Below, one piece after another: positions 34,031 to 43,841 of a stretch of 54,140 bases of DNA; positions within the stretch are counted from its first letter, which is position 1; each line of letters begins with the position of its first letter. Made by a program: the position numbers and the translations under genes. This DNA is from Chloroflexota bacterium (GTDB lineage: Bacteria; Chloroflexota; Limnocylindria; Limnocylindrales; CSP1-4): assembly GCA_031373765.1 (NCBI GenBank), contig JANMNF010000071.1:1-54140 (forward strand), written 5' to 3'. The notes under the pieces are model-generated. The model had not been told where the DNA came from. It worked only from the letters and a program-made list of their open reading frames with translations, and made no database searches.

Positions 34031-34972
34031 TCAGGCGCGGAGAAGAGGCCTCATGAATGCGGCGCCGAGCTCCACACCCTCCTGCGGAGTGACGCTGGCA
34101 TCCTCGTTCTCGATCGCCAACGCATCGTCGTAGCCGACCTCGCGCAGGGTTGCAACAAAGGCCGCCCAGAAGGCACGACCGTGGACGCTGCCGACCGTCC
34201 GGAAGACCCAGGCTCGATGGGCCGCATCCTCGAACGGGCGCTGGTCCAGGACACCGGCCAGGGCGATTTGGTCGGCAATCACCTCGGTGTCCTTCAGATG
34301 GACGTGATGGACGGCCGGGCCCAGGGCGCGGATGACCGCGAGTGGGTCCATCTGCTGCCAGAACAGATGCGACGGATCCACGTTGGCGCCGATGATGGGC
34401 CCGATCGCGTCTCGCATGCGGAGCAGCGTCGGGACGTTGTAGACGAGGTGCAAGGGGTGCAGCTCGAATGCGATCTGCTCGACGCCATGGGCCTTGGCAT
34501 CGAGCGCAAGGTCCCGCCACAGTTCCAGGGCCTGGTCCCACTGCCGGTCCAGCAACGCCACGGCGTCGGACGGCCACGGGTACCACGCGAAGTTGACGGT
34601 CGTCGCGGCCGGGCCGTCGCCGGGGCTTCCGGACATGGACACGATCTTCGTCACTCCGAGTTCGCCGGCCAGCCTGAATGTGGCCCGGATGAGGGCCACG
34701 TGATCCGGTCCGTACACCGGATGCATGGGCCAAGCTGAGCAATTCAGGGCTGCGGTCCGTAGTCCGCGATCCGCGAACGCTCGGGCGAACGCTGCTCGCC
34801 TGTTTGGATCCCCGAGTAACTCGTCGATCCGAAGATGTGGTGCGGACGACTGCCCGCCGGTGGCAATCTCAATACCGGTTGCGCCGACCCGCTCGGCCAG
34901 ATCAAGGGCTGCCTCGAACGTTTCGTCCTTGACTGAATCCGTGTACAGCCCAAGTTCCACCGAGCACCTCAC
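34031..34972 (-). CDS. Sugar phosphate isomerase/epimerase (xylose-isomerase-like TIM barrel)
   Basis: GIEIATGG...FELHPLHLVYN...ANVDPSHLFWQ...HVHLKD...LAIENED metal-ligand pattern. Confidence 0.75.
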   Translation of the reverse strand: MRCSVELGLYTDSVKDETFEAALDLAERVGATGIEIATGGQSSAPHLRIDELLGDPNRRAAFARAFADRGLRTAALNCSAWPMHPVYGPDHVALIRATFRLAGELGVTKIVSMSGSPGDGPAATTVNFAWYPWPSDAVALLDRQWDQALELWRDLALDAKAHGVEQIAFELHPLHLVYNVPTLLRMRDAIGPIIGANVDPSHLFWQQMDPLAVIRALGPAVHHVHLKDTEVIADQIALAGVLDQRPFEDAAHRAWVFRTVGSVHGRAFWAAFVATLREVGYDDALAIENEDASVTPQEGVELGAAFMRPLLRA

Positions 34973-34999
34973 GGCCGTATGCGAGCTGCCTCTGGTGGC

Positions 35000-35048
35000 T
35001 GTGCATTCGGTTGCATGGACGCTAGCATTGTCCCAGGAACGACGTCAA
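35000..35048. promoter_or_regulatory. Bidirectional promoter with a degenerate LacI-type operator (site E)
   Basis: Operator variant TGTGCATTCGGTTGCAT (35000-35016). Minus strand: TTGACG (35048-35043), 18 nt, TAGCGT (35024-35019). Plus strand: TAGCAT (35023-35028). The overlapping -10 layout is the same as at site B (ACGCTAGCAT). Confidence 0.5.
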
Positions 35049-35073
35049 CGCAGGCTGTCGGAGGGGCAGGACC

Positions 35074-36132
35074 GTGGGTGGAGCGACTCCGATTGGTGTC
35101 GGCTTGGTTGGTTATGGCCTCGCCGGGCGGTTCTTTCATGGCCCATTCATTGATGCCTGCGACGGGCTGGAGTTGCGCGCCATAGTCACGTCCGATCCGG
35201 ATCGAGCCGGGCACGCTGCGCGCGAGCATCCGGCGGCTCGGGTCGTTGGAAATCTTGACGAAGTCCTGGCCCGCAGCGACGTGGATCTCATCGTTGTCGC
35301 AGCGCCAAACCGGTTCCATGCGCCTATGGCCATGCGTGCGCTTGGGGCGGGAAGGCACGTGGTCGTCGATAAGCCCATGGCGATGGATGTCGCGGAGGCC
35401 GAGTCGTTGATAGCCGCGGCCGCCGCAGCCGGCCGGCTCCTGTCCGTATTCCAGAACCGGCGCTGGGACGGCGACTTCCTGACCATTCGCGGCCTCATTG
35501 ACGATGGCGCACTCGGCCCAATCGACAGCTTCGAATCTCGATTCGAACGGTGGAGCCCGGTCGCGGACGAATGGCGCGAAACAGCTGCTGAGGCAGCGGG
35601 GCCGCTGCGTGACCTGGGCGCCCATCTCGTTGATCAGAGCCGCGTCCTGTTCGGGCCGGTCCGCCGGGTCTGGGCCCAGACGGATTGCCGTCGCCCCGGG
35701 ACGCAGGTGGAGGACTCGATCTTCGTCGCTCTCGACCACACGAATGGCGTCAGATCACGCCTGTGGATGTCCATGATTGCGGCCGGGACCGGACCGCGAA
35801 TGCGCCTCCGGGGTCTCAACGGTGAATACATCAAGCACGGTCTGGATGTCCAGGAGCCGCAACTGGTGGGAGGGATGCTCCCGACGGCTGCTCATTTCGG
35901 CGAGGAGCCACGTGATGGGTGGGGGACGCTGTTCCAGGGCGGCGGATCGCCGAGGGTAGTCCCCTCCCGGCCGGGTCAGTACGGCCGGTTCTACGAGTTG
36001 CTCAGGGATGCCATTCGGGACGATGGCGAGCCACCCGTCGAACCCTTGGACTCGATGCGCGTGCTGGGCATCCTCGATGCAGCGTCGCGCGCGGCCGCGA
36101 CCGGTGTGGCCGAGGTCCTCGCGGACGGGTAG
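35074..36132 (+). CDS. Gfo/Idh/MocA-family oxidoreductase
   Basis: GVGLVGYGLAGRFFH Rossmann motif and HVVVDKPMA. 352 aa. Confidence 0.8.
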   Translation: MGGATPIGVGLVGYGLAGRFFHGPFIDACDGLELRAIVTSDPDRAGHAAREHPAARVVGNLDEVLARSDVDLIVVAAPNRFHAPMAMRALGAGRHVVVDKPMAMDVAEAESLIAAAAAAGRLLSVFQNRRWDGDFLTIRGLIDDGALGPIDSFESRFERWSPVADEWRETAAEAAGPLRDLGAHLVDQSRVLFGPVRRVWAQTDCRRPGTQVEDSIFVALDHTNGVRSRLWMSMIAAGTGPRMRLRGLNGEYIKHGLDVQEPQLVGGMLPTAAHFGEEPRDGWGTLFQGGGSPRVVPSRPGQYGRFYELLRDAIRDDGEPPVEPLDSMRVLGILDAASRAAATGVAEVLADG

Positions 36133-36155
36133 CAACAGGCGCCGTTTCCCTCCAC

Positions 36156-36184
36156 TTGCGCAACCGATTGCAGGGCGGTAGGAT
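36156..36184 (+). promoter_or_regulatory. Promoter with LacI-type operator (site C)
   Basis: TTGCGC (36156-36161), 17 nt, TAGGAT (36179-36184). Operator TGCGCAACCGATTGCAG at 36157-36173. GGAG (36208-36211) lies 8 nt before GTG 36220. Confidence 0.6.
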
Positions 36185-36219
36185 CGGCCGACTGGACGAA
36201 GTAGATCGGAGCCCGGATC

Positions 36220-38826
36220 GTGAACGTTTCAGGCGGCCCGGCGACTGCTCTGGCCCGCCCGATCCTGCTTTCCAACGCCTGGAATGCCTCCGATTCGGAC
36301 CTGGCCGTCCGTCTCGACCCGCTCTATCGGCAGGCGCTCGAGCGCGTGCCGGAGGGCGATCAGGTCTTCCGCGGAATTCCGTTCCACCTCGGTTCACGTC
36401 AGCTCGGACGGCGCTGGCTCCTGGTCGATCGCGAACACATCATCGATCTTCGGGGCCTTGGGCCAGCCAGCCATCTGGTCATCGCGCACTTCTCCGATAG
36501 CTGGCGTGATTCTGCCGGCACGCGACCGGCTGGCATGCCGGTTGGCTGGGTAATGCCGGCCGGCGAGACGCTCGCACGGTATGAACTTATCGGCAGGGAC
36601 GGCCGAAGCCAGAGTTTCGATATCAGACGAAGGTTCGAGATCAATGACGGGATCATCGGCTGGGGCTTTCTCCCGTTCGCTGCCGTCGGGCACCTGCCGG
36701 ACGAGGTCGTAGATTGGCGCGGACCGCATCCCCGCCAGGGACCAGGCCGCTACGCTTCCGCCGGGCAGGCAGGGCCGCTGACCATGCTGCCCGGAGCTTG
36801 GGGCCCGGCCCAGACCGGCGTCGGCGATCATGTGCCCGCGGCGGATGACGACATTACGTACTGGTTGCACGCGATCCCTATCGACGTCACAACCGAGCTT
36901 GCCGAGCTTCGCGTCGCCCCGCTCGGCGATGGGAGGCCGGGGATGGCCGTCGTCGTTGCCGGGCTGACGCTGTTTGCCGGCTCGGCGAGCCCACTCAACA
37001 TCGGACCGCGCCGCCAGATCCTGGTCCAGGGGTTTGGTGAGGGCCTCCCGAGCGTGGACCTCGGCATCACGATTGCTTCACGCTCGCCCGAGCGACCCTT
37101 GGTGGAGCCGCAGTCCGAAACTCCGATTGGATGGGGTCGCGCAGGCCGACGGGGCGGCGATCAGGCCGCCGCGGACCGACCCGGCCGCGTCGTCGACATC
37201 GCAGTTGCACCGGATGCCGTGGTGCGGTTGGGAACCTGGGATCTGCCGGTCGCGCTCCTTGATGAGCGAGCAGTCAGCCCGGACGGCCGGATCGTGATCG
37301 AGCCACTGCCACCGCGCGACATTCGGGTCGAGGTGACCGTCACGGACGGGTCGACCGGCGAGCCAACTCCGGCGAGGGTTCGATTCGTCGCCGCGGACGG
37401 ACGCTATCTCCCGCCACTCGGCCATCGCGAGGAAATCAACCCGGGGATCTTCGAGGATTCCGGGGCGGATCTCATCCTCGGCGGGGACGCCTATGCCTAT
37501 GTTTCTGGCGTGTTCGAGATCGACCTACCGCCCGGGGCGGTCGAGATCGAGGTCGTCAAAGGCTTCGATCATCGGCCCGCCCGCACCGCCCTGATCGTGG
37601 ACGCTGCGATACGGCGCCTGAACATTCCGCTTGAGCGCCCGATCGACCTTCGCCCGGCGGGCTGGCAGACGGCCGATCCTCATGTCCACTTCATCTCGCC
37701 GTCCACCGCCTTGCTCCAGGCCGCCGCTGAGGACGTGGCGTTCGTCCACCTCCTCGCCACCCAATGGGGCGACCAGTACACGACGGTCAACGATCTCCCA
37801 TGGGGCTCCTCCACAGATCCCGCCGGTCGACATACGGTCATCGTGGGAACCGAAAATCGATCGAACATGCTCGGCCATCTCGGTCTGCTTGGAGCCCGTC
37901 GCCCGGTGCTCTCCATGTCAGCCGGCGGTGCGCCGGAGGGGCGGATCGGCGGCGAACTGACGGAGCTCCTCGCGGACTGGGCAGACCGCTGTCATGCCGA
38001 GGGCGGATTGGTCGTGGCTGCCCATTTCCCGCTGCCTTATGCGGAGATCGCGACCGACATCGTCACCGGTCGAATCGATGGGGTCGAGATGCAATGCTTT
38101 GCGCCCGGTCTCGACAACCCGTCCATTCTCGAGTGGTACCGGTTCCTCAACTGCGGCTACCGGTTGCCGGTCCTGGGCGGGACGGACAAGATGTCGGCCG
38201 AAGTACCGGTGGGCGCTATACGGACCTATGCGCACCTCGATCCCAATGCGCCGCCGACGTTCGATTCTTGGTCAGCGGCGGTGCGGGCGGGCCGTACATT
38301 CGCAACATCAGGTCCGATCATTGAGATGACCGTTGATGGGCACAGCCCCGGCGACGTGCTGTCACTCCCAGCGACCGGTGGACATCTCGAGGTCCTCGTT
38401 CGTGCTCGGTCGGCACAGCCACTGATCAGCGCCGTCGAAGTCGTGGTCAACGGGCGGGTCGTAGCGGTCGAGGAATCGGCGAGTTCGAGCGACGACCTCA
38501 CTGTCACGACACTGGTCGACATCCGGGACGGCGCGTGGATCGCGGGCCGGTCCCGGAGCAAGCACGAGATCCACTCCGCGTTCAACTCGAGCATGGCTTC
38601 CCACACCTCGCCGGTCTACGTTGAGGTTCAGGATCGCCCCCTCCTCAACGAAGGTGACGCCGGGATCATCCTCGACATCATCGACGGGACGCTGGGATGG
38701 GTCCGGGACATGGCTGCCGTCGGCCGGCCGCATGACCGGGCACGGATGGTGAGCCTCATCGAAGACAGTGCCGCACTGCTCAAGGGTCGTCTCAAGCATC
38801 ACCGCCGGGAGGGTCGTCCGACATGA
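36220..38826 (+). CDS. Large (868 aa) uncharacterised protein with a metal-dependent-hydrolase-like C-terminal half
   Basis: Long ORF with non-repetitive composition. The N-terminal ~430 aa have no motif I recognise. The C-terminal half contains ADPHVHF (HxH-type metal site), VVAAHFP and LGGTDKMS, reminiscent of the PHP / CehA-McbA / amidohydrolase folds. Confidence 0.6.
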   Translation: MNVSGGPATALARPILLSNAWNASDSDLAVRLDPLYRQALERVPEGDQVFRGIPFHLGSRQLGRRWLLVDREHIIDLRGLGPASHLVIAHFSDSWRDSAGTRPAGMPVGWVMPAGETLARYELIGRDGRSQSFDIRRRFEINDGIIGWGFLPFAAVGHLPDEVVDWRGPHPRQGPGRYASAGQAGPLTMLPGAWGPAQTGVGDHVPAADDDITYWLHAIPIDVTTELAELRVAPLGDGRPGMAVVVAGLTLFAGSASPLNIGPRRQILVQGFGEGLPSVDLGITIASRSPERPLVEPQSETPIGWGRAGRRGGDQAAADRPGRVVDIAVAPDAVVRLGTWDLPVALLDERAVSPDGRIVIEPLPPRDIRVEVTVTDGSTGEPTPARVRFVAADGRYLPPLGHREEINPGIFEDSGADLILGGDAYAYVSGVFEIDLPPGAVEIEVVKGFDHRPARTALIVDAAIRRLNIPLERPIDLRPAGWQTADPHVHFISPSTALLQAAAEDVAFVHLLATQWGDQYTTVNDLPWGSSTDPAGRHTVIVGTENRSNMLGHLGLLGARRPVLSMSAGGAPEGRIGGELTELLADWADRCHAEGGLVVAAHFPLPYAEIATDIVTGRIDGVEMQCFAPGLDNPSILEWYRFLNCGYRLPVLGGTDKMSAEVPVGAIRTYAHLDPNAPPTFDSWSAAVRAGRTFATSGPIIEMTVDGHSPGDVLSLPATGGHLEVLVRARSAQPLISAVEVVVNGRVVAVEESASSSDDLTVTTLVDIRDGAWIAGRSRSKHEIHSAFNSSMASHTSPVYVEVQDRPLLNEGDAGIILDIIDGTLGWVRDMAAVGRPHDRARMVSLIEDSAALLKGRLKHHRREGRPT

Positions 38827-39701
38827 AGATCGCACTTGATCCATACATGCTTCGCGGTCTGCCGTTCGGAGATGTCTGCAGGATCGCGGCGGATATCGGG
38901 TACGACGCGATCGAGCTGTCACCACGCTCGGACTTCATCCCATTCTTCACCCACCCGCGCGCCGACCGCAGCCGAGTCGCGGAGTTTCGCACGGCCGTCC
39001 GCGAAACAGGCATCGAGATCTCGTCGGTCCTGCCGCTCTATCGCTGGTCCAGCCCGGACGAGGACGAGCGTCTGGCAGCGGTCCGTTACTGGAAGCGGGC
39101 CATCCACCTGACGGTCGAGCTCGGTGTCACGGTGATGAACTCGGAGTTCAACGGCCGGCCCGAGGCGGCAGCGGCCAGCGAGGGGCAGTTCTGGAAGTCG
39201 CTCGAGGAACTCCTTCCGATGTTCAATCGAGAGGGGATACAACTCAATCTCGAAGCGCACCCGGACGATTTCGTGGAGCGCAACGACGAAGCCGTCGACC
39301 TGGTCCGCGCCATCGACTCACCGGACGTCGGCTATCTCTTCTGTGCGCCCCATACCTACCACCTGGGCGATGACATCGGGACGATGATCGAATACGCCGC
39401 TCCGGTCCTTCGGCAGGTGCACATCGCCGACGTCTTCAACCATCGCGCCTCATCCGGCCTGCGCTACATCGTCAACCCGCCCGGGTCTATGGCGCGAGTG
39501 CATCAGCATCTCGACATCGGTCAGGGCGAAGTGGACTGGGACTCCTGTTTCGCGGCACTTCGGAGGGTCCGTTTCGACGGCATCCTGACCAGCTGTGTCT
39601 TCGCCTGGGAGGAACGGGCTGTCGAATCGTCCCGCTTCATGCTCGAGAAGATCCGGCACTACCTCGACGCGCATCCGAACACTGAGGGCAATGAAACGTG
39701 A
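38823..39701 (+). CDS. Sugar phosphate isomerase/epimerase (xylose-isomerase-like TIM barrel)
   Basis: YDAIELSP...NLEAHPDDF...HTYHLGDD...QVHIAD pattern. ATGA overlap with the upstream gene. Confidence 0.75.
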   Translation: MKIALDPYMLRGLPFGDVCRIAADIGYDAIELSPRSDFIPFFTHPRADRSRVAEFRTAVRETGIEISSVLPLYRWSSPDEDERLAAVRYWKRAIHLTVELGVTVMNSEFNGRPEAAAASEGQFWKSLEELLPMFNREGIQLNLEAHPDDFVERNDEAVDLVRAIDSPDVGYLFCAPHTYHLGDDIGTMIEYAAPVLRQVHIADVFNHRASSGLRYIVNPPGSMARVHQHLDIGQGEVDWDSCFAALRRVRFDGILTSCVFAWEERAVESSRFMLEKIRHYLDAHPNTEGNET

Positions 39702-40729
39702 AAACCAAGCGTGTAGGGATCGGCCTCGTGGGTGCCGGGCGCATGGGCTCCATCCACGGGAGGCTCGTGAATTCGAGCGTGCCCCAGGCAACGCTCGTCG
39801 GCATCGCGGACCTGAATGTGGATGCGGGCAATCGTCTCGCGGCGCAGGTCGGCGATCCGCCGGTGTTCGCCTCGCTTGAAGAACTGCTCGAGACGCCGGG
39901 TCTCGATGCCGTCCTGATTGCCACGTCGTCAAGCCAGCACCTGGCGGCGATCGGGCTTGCCGCGAGTGCCGGCAAGGACATCCTGTGCGAGAAGCCCATC
40001 GCGCTGACGCTTGCGGATACGGACGCTGCGATTGCCGCCGCGGCCGAGGCCGGCGTGCGCCTGCAGGTGGGGTTCATGCGCCGCTGGGAGCCCGACTACG
40101 TCCGCGCCAAGGCTCGTCTGGCGTCAGGCTCGCTTGGGCGGCCGATGCTGTTCAAGTCACTCCAGTTCGACCCCGAGCCGCCGCCACTCACGTTCGCCGA
40201 TCCGTCGGTCAGCGGCGGGATCATGACGGACATGGGAATCCACGAATTCGACCTGGCTCGATGGCTCATGGACGACGAGGTTGTCGAAGTCCACGCCTAC
40301 GGCTCGACGTACGCTCATCCAACTCTCGCTTCGGTAGGTGACGTGGACAGCGCAGTCGTCAATCTTCGCTTCCGTAGCGGCGCGACCGGATCGGTTGAGC
40401 TGGCTCGGAACACGACGTACGGGGAGGATGTCCGTACCGAGGTGCTGGCGATGAATGGCTCAATCTGGGTTGGGCTTCTGTCCATGACTCAGGGTGCATC
40501 GAGCGGAGGCAACGTGACCGACGCGATCGCGGTCGACGCCCTCGATACCGCCATTCCTCGCTTCGAGCGTGGATTGGCAGCACAAGCGCGCGGATTCGTG
40601 TCGGCGATCCTGGCCGATCGCCCGGTGGCGGTGACGGGCGGAGACGGCAGGGCTGCTCTCGAGATCGCCGTAGCGGCCACTCGATCGCTCCACGAGGGCC
40701 GTCCAGTCGAGGTGCAACGGGAAGCATGA
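39698..40729 (+). CDS. Gfo/Idh/MocA oxidoreductase, inositol 2-dehydrogenase-like (IolG-like)
   Basis: GIGLVGAGRMGSIH, ILCEKPIAL, VGFMRRWEPDY. GTGA overlap with the upstream gene. Confidence 0.8.
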   Translation: MKTKRVGIGLVGAGRMGSIHGRLVNSSVPQATLVGIADLNVDAGNRLAAQVGDPPVFASLEELLETPGLDAVLIATSSSQHLAAIGLAASAGKDILCEKPIALTLADTDAAIAAAAEAGVRLQVGFMRRWEPDYVRAKARLASGSLGRPMLFKSLQFDPEPPPLTFADPSVSGGIMTDMGIHEFDLARWLMDDEVVEVHAYGSTYAHPTLASVGDVDSAVVNLRFRSGATGSVELARNTTYGEDVRTEVLAMNGSIWVGLLSMTQGASSGGNVTDAIAVDALDTAIPRFERGLAAQARGFVSAILADRPVAVTGGDGRAALEIAVAATRSLHEGRPVEVQREA

Positions 40730-41742
40730 CGACCGGGACCGCTCGAGGTCTTCTCGGACCGCGGCCCGGTCCCGGGGAGCCAATCCGCATCGGGTTCCAG
40801 GTGTGGGGGCAGTCAATCAGCTGGGCGGATCTGATGGCGACGGGCCCGCGGATCGAAGGTTTAGGCTTTGCGAGCCTCTTTGCGAATGACCACTTCATGC
40901 CCATCCTCGGGGATGGCGATGGCCCAGTGGTCGGCCCTCCTGGTCCAGTGTTCGAGGGCTGGATGACGCTCGTCGGCTGGGCCGGCCTTACAAACCGGAT
41001 CCCTCTCGGCGTCCTCGTATCGGGTGCGGGCTATCGAAACCTTGGGCTGACGGTGAAGATGGCGACCTCGCTCGATCACGCGAGCAACGGCCGCGGGATG
41101 CTCGGTCTTGGCGCGGGTTGGCACGAACCAGAACATCGGGCATTCGGCTACGAAGTCGTGCCAATCGGCGAGAGGATCAGTCGGCTGAATGAAGCGTCCC
41201 AGGTCGCCCGCGGTCTGCTCCACGGGAAGGCGGTCACCTTCGAGGGGTCGTGGGTGACGGCCCGCGACCTGCGCAACCTGCCGCCACCGCTCCAACCTCG
41301 TCTTCCGCTCCTCATTGGCGGAAGCGGGGAGCGCCGCACGTTGCGGATCGTTGCCCGAGATGCCGACATCTGGAACGGCGAGGGCGACCCGGCGGTCTAT
41401 GCCCGCAAGAACGCAATCCTGGACGGTCACTGTGCCGAGATCGGGCGGGACCCGGCGGAAATTCGCAGGACCGTCGGAGTGCCGCCGATCTGCATTCGCG
41501 ACACAAGGCTTGGCGCAGTTGAGGCCCTGACGAAGATCCTTGCCGCTCAAGGCGGGACGACCGACGATGCCGGCGGCTGGGCGGCGAGTTCGCCCCTTGC
41601 CGACACCGAGGAGGTCGTGGCGGGTCTCCTTCGCGCCTGGCACCTTGCTGGTGCCGAGGAAGCGATCGCCGACCTGCCGTGGCCTCACGATGACGAGACA
41701 CTCGAGCGCCTGGCCGGCCCTATGCAGGCCCGCCTGGCCTGA
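40726..41742 (+). CDS. LLM-class (luciferase-like) F420-dependent oxidoreductase
   Basis: FASLFANDHF...RIPLGVLVSGAGYRN...LDHASNGRGMLGLGAGW...LLIGGSGERRTLRIVA is typical of the LLM/F420-dependent family. ATGA overlap with the upstream gene. Confidence 0.75.
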   Translation: MTTGTARGLLGPRPGPGEPIRIGFQVWGQSISWADLMATGPRIEGLGFASLFANDHFMPILGDGDGPVVGPPGPVFEGWMTLVGWAGLTNRIPLGVLVSGAGYRNLGLTVKMATSLDHASNGRGMLGLGAGWHEPEHRAFGYEVVPIGERISRLNEASQVARGLLHGKAVTFEGSWVTARDLRNLPPPLQPRLPLLIGGSGERRTLRIVARDADIWNGEGDPAVYARKNAILDGHCAEIGRDPAEIRRTVGVPPICIRDTRLGAVEALTKILAAQGGTTDDAGGWAASSPLADTEEVVAGLLRAWHLAGAEEAIADLPWPHDDETLERLAGPMQARLA

Positions 41743-41924
41743 GGCTCTCGGCCCGCACGCGCGACGTTGCCAGCATCCGTCCGACGGTTCCGGGTGGTCC
41801 GGTGCAGTCGCCTTACACCCAGCTGACAAATGCACTGCGTTCGACGGTTGTGATCACCCGGCGTCTCGAACAGTCTCGACCAGCGACATCCGATATGGGT
41901 GTCTGAAAGGGACTCGACAGACCA

Positions 41925-42293
41925 ATGCGAACCGTCAATAGCCACCGAACCCACCTCGTGATCAGCGCAGCCCTCGTCGTCCTGGTGGTCGCCGGATGTG
42001 GTCGCCATGCCGAAGTTCCCAACGCCGGATCGCCGACATCGCCGTCAACCGTCGATGCGACATCCGCGCCACAACTCCCGGCGGGCGCTCTCGTCGGCGC
42101 AACCGGAGAGCCGGTCGCAACCGACGAACCAGCTACGACGGCCGAACCGTCCGAGCCGGCCGCGACCGCCCAGCCCGGAACCACCCCCGTACCCACGCCG
42201 GACTTCGCCTCCATCGAGGCGCTGCTGTCCGGGATCGATGGCGATCTTGGCGATGACGCCAGCGCCGCCTCATATGAAGGGAGCCCTCAGTGA
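41925..42293 (+). CDS. Pro/Thr/Ala-rich lipoprotein
   Basis: Signal peptide with lipobox VVAGC and a low-complexity mature part. Confidence 0.5.
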   Translation: MRTVNSHRTHLVISAALVVLVVAGCGRHAEVPNAGSPTSPSTVDATSAPQLPAGALVGATGEPVATDEPATTAEPSEPAATAQPGTTPVPTPDFASIEALLSGIDGDLGDDASAASYEGSPQ

Positions 42294-43081
42294 ACAAGCA
42301 CATCACTCGTTTGGCCGGCACGTTTGCCGTCCTCGCCCTGACCGTCTCGGTGGCCATGCCGGCGCTCGCGTCCGCCGCGTCGTCGGGTCGGGTCAGCGAC
42401 CGCTCGGCAGCGCCCCTCAGCGCGGAGACCGACGCCGCGCGTTGCCGGCCCGATTGGCAGGCTGCCAAAGACGACCGAACCCTGGCGAAGGTGCAGGCGG
42501 TCGGATTCTGCGAGATCGACCGACGCCTCGTGACCATCAACCGGCTTCAGGCGCTGGTCCGCGCCTCGGATGGCCTGACCGATGCCCACGCAACGGCCCT
42601 CACCCGGATCCTCGACCATTCGGAGATCGGCCTCAAGGCGCTGCGTCGCGAGATCGCGGCCGATACCACTGTCGCTTCGGCAACGGAGGATGTCCGCCGG
42701 ATCTTCACCGACTTCCGGATCTACGCCCTCGTGACGCGACAGGTCGCGCTTGTTCGGGCCGACGATCGCGTGGACACGGCAGTTAATCGGCTCACCCATG
42801 CCTCCGATCAACTCGCCGCGGCAATCGCCCGGGCTGCCGGCAACGGCAAGGACGTCACGGTGGCGCAGGGTCACCTCGACGCGATGATCGCGGCAATCGG
42901 TGAGGCTCGGGCCGAGGTGGCCGGTGACGCCGGCGCCGTGCTGGAACAGACCCCCGCAACCTGGAACGCCGGCACGGCCAAGCCGATCCTCGACGCCGCA
43001 CGCGCCTCGATCGCCGCCGCGCGATCCGATCTTCGGACTGCCATGACCGAGGCCCGGGCCGTCCTCGCGGCCCTGCGCTGA
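42290..43081 (+). CDS. Secreted alpha-helical protein of unknown function
   Basis: Signal peptide ...AMPALASA. Ala/Arg/Asp-rich helical body. GTGA overlap with the lipoprotein gene. Confidence 0.5.
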   Translation: MNKHITRLAGTFAVLALTVSVAMPALASAASSGRVSDRSAAPLSAETDAARCRPDWQAAKDDRTLAKVQAVGFCEIDRRLVTINRLQALVRASDGLTDAHATALTRILDHSEIGLKALRREIAADTTVASATEDVRRIFTDFRIYALVTRQVALVRADDRVDTAVNRLTHASDQLAAAIARAAGNGKDVTVAQGHLDAMIAAIGEARAEVAGDAGAVLEQTPATWNAGTAKPILDAARASIAAARSDLRTAMTEARAVLAALR

Positions 43082-43166
43082 TCCGCAGCTCAATTCGTCT
43101 CGCTCCAGCCCCGTGCCCGTTGACCGAGTGTCGGCGGGCACGTCGTCGCGCGTAGACTCCCGTTCG

Positions 43167-43812
<646 letters not shown>

Positions 43813-43841
<29 letters not shown>

